The translations under genes and the position numbers were made by a program. Positions 37,283 through 49,168 of a stretch of 64,000 nucleotides of DNA are shown here, in pieces. Source of the stretch: Glaucostegus cemiculus. Taxonomy: Eukaryota. The stretch is taken from positions 3,844,001 to 3,908,000 of the forward strand of contig CDPCPM010000239.1 in NCBI GenBank assembly GCA_976551045.1. The letters are read 5' to 3'. Each line of letters starts with the position of its first letter. Within the stretch, counting starts at the first letter, position 1. The notes beneath the pieces are model-generated. The model was not told the DNA's origin, did no database searches, and saw nothing but the letters and a program-made list of their open reading frames with translations.

Positions 37283-40200
37283 AACATATCACATCGTCAG
37301 CCTGATCTCTTTATTTCTTGGTTCACGATGTGTGTCAACACACAAGAGTTGGTAAGAGCGCGGTACAGGCCGCCAGTGTTCCTACCAACTTCATCTCACC
37401 GGAAACATGGTAACAGATGCCTCCACATTTAACGTTGCAAGGTTCTGGGTCACTATCTTTGACCACTTCTAAGATTTTAACATTGTTGGAACTAGTTCGC
37501 AGTTTTTTAAAAATTCAAATGTATTATTTTGTACAAATAATCTCAGCCTCAGGTGTATCTGAATTAAAAATATATTCAGGTTTTTTTTCCAGAAAATCAC
37601 TTTAATACAAACTTTCTTAGATCGCAACTCATTCAGTTCTCTACACTAAAACACAACATGCTGAATATTGTGGCTGCTTTCAATTTGTCCAGTTCTTGTC
37701 TTTGCCCAGGTGAAGTAGACCCACGTATCGATCAATAGATCTGCGCCAGGTTCTCTAAGTCTCGAATGCATAATTTGACACACTCCGACACTTAACCCGA
37801 AGGGACCCATTTTGTTTCACTATATGTTTTGTTTTGCTTTCCTACTCATTAGAATTGAGGTGTTTAATTTTACTGAATCTATATGTGTTTTTTCCTTAAT
37901 CCTCCATTAGATCCCTGGAATTGCACATGATCGAAGCGATGAGAAAATTACGAATTATTTTTTCATCAAAAGCTTAACCCTGAACCACGCTGATTAATTG
38001 CACGTTCCTCTGCCAGATCTTTCTTCTATTTACCCTTCCCCCTTTCGCTCATGTGTTTTTTTCCTCCTTGCGCGGCAGCGCTAAATAGAGCGGCAGATAA
38101 TTTCAGCTCATTTCCCATCAAATTGCCGTAATTATTGACATTAAGCTCGGGAAATTTACAAGAAGGTACTTCTGTTCCCTCTCCCAGTGCCCGCGCTAAT
38201 TTGTTGAAATCGAGTTGCCATCACAGTTTCAATCTTTTTATATTAATGTGGAAAGTGGTTGAACAGTGGCAGAATTCTCGTAGCCCATGCTATTAGATAA
38301 TTAGGGAGGATGTTAGAGAGGGAAATGCTAATCCTTGGGCACGAGGACAGCCTTTCCATCCGATCAGGCAGGTAGAAAAAATTAATTTCTGGAATCAATT
38401 AGCGTTAAAAGAACATTACTTCGCCAAGTGCGAGTCACGTCTTCCATATGTATGAGGTGAAGAATGAAGATCTAAGAGGGCACTGTGCTGGTAAACAAGA
38501 ATATTTCATTAAGTACATACCAAGTTGCCTACAAGCGCAGTGCGGGCAAATTTTGGATGTTGAGTGTAAGAAAGGTTTTCGGAGTCTGAATCTGAACATC
38601 ACGTGAATCAGAATAAATGTATCGTTCGTTTTGTCACATCACACCCTATACGTTTGCATTCATATTTGTGTAAGATTATTTATTTAGTCTTTCTTGTCTA
38701 TCCTACCGGCTGTTCTGTACACAGGCAGCACAGAGGTTGAATATAGCGTGACCAGGGTCATTGAAACACACAACACAGCAAATAGTTGTTAGGGGGCAAA
38801 TGGGAACTTAAATGAATTAATGGCGATGAAATGGTCCTAACGTACAGCTTGCCGATGCGGTCAGAGCGGAGAACAAGAGGTAAGCTGCTTTATTCTCCAT
38901 CTCATCAACTGAGACGTCTGTTGTAAGGCTTTCAGAGTGCAGCTCCTATTCTCCGACGCGCCACAAGCTTCTAAGAAGCTTCTGGGATTAATGGCATCTC
39001 TGGCCGTCCGTCCTTCCACTCCACCCAAACAGTGCAACAGGCAGCCCTGGTCAGATCTGCTTTCTTCATATTTCCATCTGGAAATCTACCTTTTTTCCCG
39101 TACGGATTTAAATAATGTCCTAAGGCAACATTGTGAAGGTGACACAGCCCAATTATTGTAAACTATTTTCCAACGTGGAAGGCAGTGTTGTACCATAGAG
39201 TGGTTCTACACCGATTAGAGTAACTCATAGGAAATAAACAGGCACACCTATCAGTAGGTTCCTTTCAAAGTATTCAGTTGTCCAATTGAACCAATTGTTA
39301 GAGTTGTTGTTAGCAGAATTAACAGCTGATTTTCGCATTCATTTAAAATCTCTGCTCTGTGTTATACTGGAACTGGGGAGCGGGCAGATTGCCGACCTTC
39401 ACGCTTCTTTCTGAAGTCTAAATATTCCAGTCCGCCATTTGACGCCCGGTAGAAGGCACTTCAAGACTCACAGCTGTTCACAATCCACATATTGCACATC
39501 GATACTAATTGCAACGGATTTGGTGGAAAAAATATCTCCACATAATCGGAGCAAACGCGCTCAAAGGCAACAATGCGAGAGGTCGCGACTCCATCTGGAA
39601 GGTCTGAAAACATGATTATGTTTTCGGTAAAAGGCACTAACCGAATGACATTATACATTGAACTTGAAGAGATCCCCTTAACCTCTAATTGCTTTATTTC
39701 ACTGTGAAAGCGAAATTCGTCACTCGGGGTAAGAAAAGCTCCGTCATTGTTGAAAGACCAGAATAAACACTTGTCAGAATGTAAACGCTCCCGAAAACCA
39801 ACAATGTTTCTCAATAATACTTCTGCTCCTTGTATACACTTCCGTGGCTTCCAGACATTTGAAGCGAGTGTCTAGTGCAGGATGTCAGCGTCAGACCGGA
39901 GCCTTGCTTTTGTCGGGCTTGCTGAGTGCTTTACACAGTCTTATTAGAAATACAAATATATTCAATAAAGGGGAATATCTTCCCCGGCCTCCGCTCCAGC
40001 ACTTAACGGTGCCTTACAGGTACCCCGTCCTGGTTATGTGAATCTCGACAGTAAATACGTTAACATCCTATTTTGTTATTTAAAACCTATTCAGTCCAAA
40101 ACTGAATAAAACAATTTATTACCCCAGTACAGACACGTTTTATCTAAGCAATTAGAATCTTAACAAAAATAAGTTTCCCCGTCATCTTCTGAAATGCAAA

Positions 40201-42169
40201 TAGATTTGCTAGTAAATTCAGGTACTTAACCCTGCGAGATTATTTGTTCGGACGCAATTCACGCTGTTTGCTGCACTAATTACCTGCTAAATTTACTATT
40301 TATGGACCATTTCACATACACGTGTGTAAGTGTGCTTACACAATGCTTAATTTTATCTGCACTATATTGCAACATGTGAAATACAATTAGAAGGCATAGA
40401 CATTAATCTATTTCCTATATTGCAACAATGACAATGGCATGGAAGTACTTCATTGGTTGGAGAAGGCTTTGGCACCAGGTGAGATTGTGAAAGGGAGTAC
40501 ATAAAAGTAGACCATACAGCCAAAGTTAAGACAGATTTCTTGCATTGCTCACACGCAATTGTGTTGTCTACTTGCAGTAACACAAGTGCAAGCTATGAAA
40601 GGGGTACTGCCAACACAACACTTACAGTGAAAACTAGTTTGTAAGATTTTGTGTGCATGTTGTTCTCCATACATGAATAGAAATGCAGAGTTACCAAGTA
40701 TTGGATTAAGAAGGAAATAAAGCTAGCCTGGTGTTCCCTGTTGTGACCCTACTATAAATCAGACAGCAGTGCAAAGCAGACCAAGATCACACTCAGCATG
40801 GAGCAGGGTTACCAACCCACATCCCAAATGTGTTCAGAGGGATTTTGTGTCACTACGCTTTATTCCAAGTCAAGGGATTTTCAGATCAGATAAACTGGCA
40901 GAGAAGGAAATGAAGCTCCAGGGGGATTTCAAGTGGACAACTGGGCATCTGCAGGAACAGAAGAGGAAGGGTTGGAAATAATATAGAAAGTAAAAACAAA
41001 TGATTCATTGAATGGGGTGAATTAACCTTTAGTGATCAGCAACAATGGAATACAAATATACATTAACTAAACAAATCCCTGGCCGCATTTCCCAATCAGA
41101 AACAAATTAAATATCTTGACCAAAGTAATTCATTCTTGATGTTGGAAACTATTATCAGATTTTTGCATTGACAACATTGCAGAAATCAAAGGTTATTTGG
41201 CACATATCGGTGAAAGTCTTGTGTTGCAATGTTGTTCCAGGGTGCCTCTGAAGTGTACAGTCTTGAATGAGGATGGTTCAAGATTCAGATTAAGCAACCA
41301 ATTACTTTGCCCTTCAAATGCTTTTATCTGTGTTGTTTTAAGTATCATTTCTTTGCAAAGTAAGCAAGAAGCTCATTTTATTATTGTTACATTAATTACC
41401 TTTACTAGTGCTGACTGCCATATCCAAACAATGCTAATTTACTGCAATTTCCAGTGCGTCAATCACTTTTTTTCTTGCAAAGATTGTATTCACATCCAGA
41501 ACAGAACTGATTCTTATTGGTACAAAAGCATATTTTCCTACTTTGAGAAAGTTGATGCGTAAACAGCCAATTTGTTACTTGTTTCAAAACTTACTCATTA
41601 CTGGATGTTCAATTAAATTTTAAATGTAGTCTTAGTGGAAACAGAACCTGATTGCTAATTTATTGTTGAAGTGATCCAATGTATGTCATTTGAATTCTAG
41701 TTTAACAGTTGAATTCTATTTAATTTTCCAATACTTTGTGAACATTGAATTCTACTCCATGACATTATATTGATTTCCCTAACAACAGATTGACTCAGTA
41801 TTTAAATATGTTCAATATTTATGTGGATATATGTAAACTCCTTTTTGACTGCAGGATATAAGTTGTTGTCTACACATTTAGAAGGAAAGTTCTTAGTTTA
41901 CTCAATACCATTAATGTTGCCCAAAGAAAGTTGTTTATGATGTTGGAGCCCAATTATCTCAGTCTTGAAAGCACTGCAGCTGAAATTGCTTAGGACAGTG
42001 TCCAAGGTTCAGCCATCTTCAACTGAATTATCAGTGACCTTCCTTCCATCACAGAATGAGAAATGGTTATTTCTCTTCACAATTCCTCAGATGTCAAAGC
42101 AGTTCTGTCAGCACACAGGAACACTTGGTTTGTACTCAGGCATGGTCTGGTAACTGGTGAACCCTTGAT

Positions 42170-42380
42170 CTCCCAATCCACTCACTATGGCTCTTGCACT
42201 TTATTTGTCTACCTGCACTGCACTTTTCCTGCAACGGTAACATGATATTCAGCATTCTGTTTTCCTTTGTACTACCTTGATGTACTTACGTATGGAATTA
42301 TCTGTCTGGTTGGCATGAAAAAAAACTTTTTTTCACTGTAGCTCAGTACATGTGACAATAATAAACCAATTACCAGTTAC
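42170..42380 (+). mobile_element. Rex1/Babar 3' UTR fragment
   Basis: cttgcactttatttgtctacctgcactgcacttt...catgtgacaataataaaccaattaccagttac. Confidence 0.75.
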
Positions 42381-43699
42381 TATATCATTCACCCTACGGA
42401 GTGCCTGGGAATAACCATTTCCATAACTTGAGAACCCAATGATATTCGATGGCATTAACATTGCAGATTCCTGCACCAACATGGGGAACATCTTTGACCA
42501 GGTAATTAAGATGGACAATGTGTACTGGCCTTGGAAGCAATGCCCACATTCACTGAATGAACAAATAAAAGCCCTTAGAGTTTTAAGATTTAAAAGAATA
42601 TTGTCACTGTGAAGATACAAAATTGCTTATGTTTCATTGATTTACTTAAAACTGTTATCACAAAAAAGGGAAGATCTGGCAAAAAATAACATAAATGAAA
42701 ATAATCTTAACTCTGTTATTTCTCTGCAGAAGATAAAGAAGCATACAAATGCTATCACAAAAGTCGTAAGCTCATCCAGACATGGTGAGTGCTGATAAAT
42801 GATAAAACAAGGGAGTGATTGACAGGAGTGGAGTGTGTATGTGAGAAAGGTTAGATATGATAAATTTCAAGTGTGACTTCCCCACAATTTTATTGTATTC
42901 ATTCTGGTAAGAACTCAGTTACATTTGCCGTTCAATACCCCTCTGCTCAAGAAAAGCTTTAACTTCAGAAGTGTTGCCATAAATAAATTATTTACTTGAA
43001 TACAGGTTAGCTGCATTGTACAATGTCTTAACAAAAAAATTGACAGCCAGTTTCTCTCTTCTCCCCCTTTTGGAGGTTTTGAGTTCACATTTAATCTTGA
43101 TCAAAATTATACAATAGAAGATATTTATTTGGCTAGAAATAACAGAGAATTATTGGCTGATGACCCATCAGAGCTGAGGACTCTGTTTTAGATGCATCAA
43201 GAAAGAGGGACTGAAGAAGGGAAGGAGTGAATTAATTATCTACCGTGAAATTTAAAACAAGAGATTAAATCTTGGCATGACATTTCTCCTTCTAAAAAAT
43301 ATTTATTAAAATGTTTTAATAAGTTTACAAGTGCAAGGAGAAATAACTGCCACAGTCCATCTAATAAAAAATGTGCATTAAGCAAATTAATTGCTTAGGA
43401 TTTGACCAGTGTTGCAGGGGGACAGCAGGAGGCCACTGTGGTCCCCTGTATTTTATACACAGGAGGGTTTTTCAGTTTAACTGTTCTTTGCAACTGAACA
43501 ATTTTAACCCATTCCCCAATCAGCCATATGTTGGTGCAGGGTGTATTTACAGGGCAGTTCTTAGCCTCCAACCAACCAATTAAGTTCCAGCCATGTAGGG
43601 ACATATTTACAATGCCTGGTTCTTGCTTCTCGGTTTGAATCTTGGAAATGTTCTGCTGTATGTAAAAGGTAATTGGGATTTGAGGAGGGCAGTGTTGAT

Positions 43700-44570
43700 T
43701 AAGAGCAGAAATAACCAGTTCTGATGCAGGCAAAAAGAGCTAGTTACCTGAAGTGGAGGGATTTGATATTGAGCCTGGAAGGCTGCAGCGTGCCAGAGAG
43801 GTGAGATGTTGTTCCTCAAGCTTGCATTAGGGTTCATTGTAACAGTGCAGGAGACCACAGACGTATAGGTCAGCCTGGAAATGGGATGGAGAATTAAAGT
43901 GGCAGGCAGTGTCAAGATCACTTCGGCCGACTGAATATAGGTGTTCGGCAAAACAATCATCGCAATGTAGAGTAGATAGACAATAGACAATAGACAATAG
44001 GAGCAGAAGTAGACCTTTCGGCCCTTCGAGTCTGCTCCGCCATTTTGAGATCATGGCTGATCAATAACCTGTTCCTGCCTTGTCCCCATATCCCCTGATT
44101 CCCCTATCTATAAGAAACCTATCTAGCTCTTCCTTGAAAGTGCCCAGTGTATTGGCCTCCACTGCCCTCTGAGGCAGTGCATTCCACAGATTTACCACCC
44201 TTTGTGAGAAGTTTCTCCTCACTTCTGTCCTAAATGGCATACCCTTAATCCTTAGCTCATGCCCTCTGGTCCTGGATTTCCCCAACACCTGGAACATACT
44301 TCCTACCTCTATCCTGTCCAAACCTTTAATAATCTTATAAGTCTCAATCAGATCCCCTCTTAATCTTCTCAATTCTAGCGTGTACAAACCCAGTCTCTCC
44401 AACCTCTCAGCATAAGTCAGCATAATAGATCACATTGTGAACACTGTGTAATAGATTGGAAGAAATGCAAGTGAATCGCTGCGTTACTTGGAGCGTTCTT
44501 TGGATCCTTAGATAGTGGAAAGGGAAGAGGTAAAAGGACAATTGTTGCATCTCCTGCAATTTGGTCTGTT
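43700..44570 (-). mobile_element. Penelope-like element GIY-YIG endonuclease fragment, interrupted by CR1
   Basis: Minus translations RTLQVTQRFTCISSNL (about 44450-44510) and FAEHLYSV...ACHFNSPSHFQADLYVCGLLHC (43830-43960) resemble the Penelope C-terminal GIY-YIG domain. Confidence 0.7.
43979..44425 (-). mobile_element. Young 5'-truncated CR1 LINE with (ATTGTCT)n tail
   Basis: Uninterrupted ORF 44061..44423 YAERLERLGLYTLELRRLRGDLIETYKIIKGLD...RVVNLWNALPQRAVEA; + strand tail (agacaat)x3. Confidence 0.92.
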
Positions 44571-45559
44571 TGGAAAATGAAGCACTACCTTTGCTTGTGG
44601 ACAATGTATAATCCAAAGTCACATGGCCCTTTGGTCACCTTCTTTACTACCAGATCTAAAATAAAATTAGATATACCTCTGTGAAATGCATCAATGTAAT
44701 ACACCTGGCAAAAGTATGCCTGCAATTGAGGTTCAATTCTGCAAATGAAATTCTCTCCCAGTCAGTGAGAGTCTAACTGAGTACACAGTGCTTTAAGTAT
44801 CAACATAAAAGTGATATACCAGTGCATGATCAACCACTCACAATATAGACCCACAACCAGAAAATGAGGTAAATAACTAATCTATTGTACTGGTTATCTG
44901 TGAGGAATAAATGTGGGGTAAGACACTGAGAGGGTAAAATTTGCACATGTTTTTTTTCACATCACTGAGCCAGCAGACACAGCCAGAGCTGAGCAACTCA
45001 CCAGTGTTGGGCAAGATGAAACCTCAACCTTTTGGCCTAAAGAGAAACATTAATGAACTACCTGATCACCCAGCAACATTTAGGGATGTTTACTTGTGCA
45101 GAATGATTAACCTGATCCAACAATGTACTTTAACCTCAGAGGAGCAGCTCTGAATTCACCTGTTTGACATTTCCGAACCTGTTTCACATTGCAACTCTCC
45201 TTATGACCCTTGGGTTACATTATTTACTGTCTTATGTCCTGATTCATGGTCATTATGAATATAAATGGGATGTAATGATTAATGTAAGTGATAAATAAGA
45301 TGAAAGATGAAACAAGGCCACTTCACATCTAAAACATTTCACTGGTAAGCCACCTCATCTAACTAGATGTCTGGACACATTCAACTCTATCTACCAGAGT
45401 GAAAACCACTTTTAGGAGTCCTGTTTGAAACTGGTCCTTTATGCACCTTCCCTTTCCTGAATAAATTGTTTTCTTTCTGACATCTGTCTCCATCCCTCTT
45501 CTCTCCCCACATAACCCCACTTCCCCCCTACCCCAAACTAACCCTAGTGTACTTGACCC

Positions 45560-45960
45560 AGCTGTGACTCAGTCTGAAGCACTTTTGTCTTTGAATCTGT
45601 CACTTGTAGATTCAAATCCTACTTCAGTGAGTTATGTACACAAACCTGGGCTAATTTACCAGTGCAGTGCTGAGGACGCGATTCATGGTCAGAGGGACAG
45701 CCCTTCAGATGAAGTTTTAAACCCAGGCCTCATTCAATTTTACAGATGAACATGAAATAGTCCATCATTCAACCAGGATCATTCAAAAGCAGACTTTCTA
45801 GTGATGATCACACTGGTGGAAATGGGAGCTTGTTGTGCAAATCTAATTTCCACGTCTCTTGCAATAATACACTTAAGAACATACATATGTCATTGGCTGT
45901 AAATACTTTGAGTCACCCTGAGAAAGACATGAAAGGTTCAATGCAAATCCAAGCCTCTCT
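45560..45960 (+). mobile_element. DeuSINE-like copy
   Basis: gattcaaatcctact B-box-like; ccttcagatgaagttttaaacccaggcc; gggagcttgttgtgcaaat; cattggctgtaaatactttgag...atgcaaatccaag. Confidence 0.6.
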
Positions 45961-48900
45961 TCCTTCCATTTCAGTTGTTTCATCTTCTTGCTGGATAAAC
46001 TCACTGAGACTTCGAGGGAGTGCCATTCATAGAGTGGTGCCAGCAATGAAGCCTAATGAAGACAATAATCTTGCTGTGGAATTTCATTGGTCAGATTAAG
46101 GATGGCATTTGAAGTCAACAGGATTCTCCAGAATCTCCCGTGTTTCACAAGGCTGCACTGTCACCTTGTTACCTTTTGAGTCTTTCATGTACTGTATCTT
46201 CTGTAAGAGCTTTGGAGGAACTATTGTCAAGGATCTGACATATTCCATTAGGCTTACAGGAACTCTTTCTAATTAGTTAAACAAAATACGCAGAAGCATA
46301 GCTTTGCCATCAATATATTTATTAACCAGTTGACTACTTATATTCTTAGAATATAAGATCATAATATTTTATGGGAATAATTTTTAAAGGGAGCATTTTG
46401 AAAAAAATGTCATTATTTTGGTGTTATTACCACTCCAATGGTTCCTTGCACATTTTTTAAAGGAGTAAATTGAAATTTCTTGTGCAGTACACATGACACT
46501 GTTATGAAGTGCCAGAAGAAAAACTGACTGCTAATTTTTATTCCCACTTGAGAAACATTGGGGCCAGGTTATTAGAACCCCTGGTTTTGTTATCGTTGTC
46601 TATAATGTCAAGTAGCTGAATTAAACAAATGAAGAAATGTTCATAAAATTAGTCAGAGTTGTAATGGCACATCGATTGTGCTTGAGGGCGCTAAACCCCA
46701 TTTAAAAAATCATTTAATAGTTTTGAAAGTATTTGAGTACCCAACAAGCATGAGGTAGCCCTCTGCTAGAAAGGAGCAAATATATTTTATGTAATTTTAC
46801 ACAAACATTTATATACTTATGTTATCATTTAATTATCTATTGGAAAGAATCAGAGAATGTACATTTTGTTTTACATTTTAATCTTTTATTATAGTGTCTG
46901 TTTTCTCTTCATGAAAAGGAAGTAAGTTGCAGAACAAGTGTGAATTCAAAGCAAATCCCAAATGATAACCACTGCGTGTGTAAAAGAAACAAGTTTGCAA
47001 TTTTCTTCTGTGACGTATCAATCCACATTTCACTAATTTATAGAAAAAGTGGATTGGGATTTATATCTGTGCATGAACCTCTGGAATTAATGGCTACCTA
47101 TATCTATTTCATAACCTAATATAAAGCAATCTTATTAAATTTCATGAAGTTCTGGTAAATCAGTACCGTCAAATAATGCTGGTTAAATTCAGGAAACCTC
47201 TAATATGCTAACAACAATTGAACTTGACCCCTAGTTATCTCCACCTACCATAAGAAAGCTGGCCCCATTGTCAAGGTCAATATCAGTGATCACACAGAAG
47301 GTAACTGAGGCTTTGAAGAACCAATGCAATCTAAATTAATACAGGGACAATGATAAATGCAATTATGGATATTATAATATGTTAGCATCAATGGGTTCCA
47401 GTCAACAACAGAATTTTCAATGTCCAATATACTTTAAAAAATGACTTCACAATCTATACTGAGGCGCTGATAACCTTTCAGTGTTAGAACTGTAGAAAAG
47501 TATATCAAAGTTCTCCTCGGGGAGCTGGCTAGATTAGGTTACCCTTTGCTCTTTGATGAGCTATTTTTGTTCCCCTAATGAGTATTTCTGTCAGGCTATT
47601 GATCCTCATGTTCTTAGAGTCTTATGTCTCAGCTATTCTGGCACAATATTTGGAGGATTTCTGAAAGTATTGTCTGCAGGCAGTCTGTACAACTCAAGAT
47701 ATTTAAGAAATAGGCTGAGTTTCTTTGGAGATTTTATTTTAATAACAGAGTCATTCGTTCAGCCTTTTTCAGAACTTAGTTCACACAAACACTTAGGGTT
47801 TAGAAAACAATGTGGCAGTGAACATAATATGCTGAGCACTAACTTTGTGATAATCATAGAAAAAATTATGCTTAGATTTGTATACTGTATTTAAATGAAT
47901 CAGGATTTCTATTCACTGTGAATGGTTTAGTCCAATGCAATGCTTTAAAGTTAGCAGAAAATAGCAAGAGCTTTAGTCTCCATGGGTATCAATATAATGG
48001 GAATGGATTGTAAGCAGTTGGGATCATCAAAATTCAATTAAATGTGGATAGTTGGAATTCAATGTAGTGGAAAGTAGTTTGGTCGGCAGAATTAGACTGT
48101 ACAATTGGAATAAAAGGACAATAGATGGGTCCATTTGAAATCTAAATTATGCAAACTAATGAAAAATAATTTTGAGCATTGTGCTTTTCTCTTAATTAAT
48201 ATGACCACCTAAATTCTGATAAAATTTGAAATTAAGCCCTTTTTAAAATAATATTGAGGCATTATTCCAACTCATGTGAAGGAAACCCCATCCATGTGTA
48301 CATTGAAGAAACGTACACTTTGTGAATCAAGGACTGGATGAGTAATCTAGTCAACGTGAATGCATATCTTACCCTGCGTATCTGAGAATTCAAATTAACT
48401 ATTAAAAAAACTCATTAAAAGTGACAATGAAGCTGTTAAAATCTTACTAGCTTACTGATATTGTTTAGCGAATTAAACCTGCTTTCCTCACCTGGTTTGA
48501 TCTACATGTGACTCCAGACTATTAACTTACTCTGAAGTGGCCTTACAAGCTATTCATTTGTATCAAAGCATTTAGCCGCCCTTTCAGGCCAATAAACAGG
48601 CAACACATGACAGTGCATCACCAACTTAAAAGGACTGCAATTAAAGAAAAACATACCCTTAATAAATGTTAATGAATAACAATCCAGTAGAATTTTAAGT
48701 CTGCTGAATCTTAGTGGATGTTCAAGGAATCTTTATAAATAGAATAAGGTGGGTGCACTGAATTCAATTTAGTTTCATATGTTACCATTTCTAATATATT
48801 AAAGTAAGCTTGTACAAAGTACTAAAATTTCTCCATTATTTTACTAGCTAGTGGAAAAACTCATGCAACATTCTTGAAAGTTCTTGAGATTTTTTTGTCC

Positions 48901-49106
48901 TTTTATAACCCTATTTCTCAAACAAAGTGATTAGAAAATCTGCAGCCAAGTCCTAAAAGTACAGCTGTAATTTGTATACATTTCTACCTACATCTCACTA
49001 GCTTCTTTACTAAATAGATAAAATAAAAGCCACTTCATAACATGTGAGTTGATGCAAGGTGATGGTCCAATATATTATTCCATCTCTTGAGGTGAAATCT
49101 TGAGTG

Positions 49107-49168
49107 CTAGCGAGGATTTGAGTTTTGTGGGCTCTCATGGAAACGATAGGCACACATGTAGAAGATAC
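49107..49168 (-). CDS. LIM2: LIM2-like terminal coding exon
   Basis: Acceptor atttctttcctag|GT ATC TTC TAC ATG TGT GCC TAT (GIFYMCAY); TAG at 49109-49107. Confidence 0.93.

Noticed and set aside
37030-37432. Overlapping Pro-rich and Gly/Trp-rich ORFs
   Set aside because: By-products of the G-rich low-complexity tract.
39461-39814. 117-aa minus-strand ORF upstream of BSX
   Set aside because: Non-ATG start, no recognisable domain and no convincing splice context; most likely chance in a CpG-rich region.
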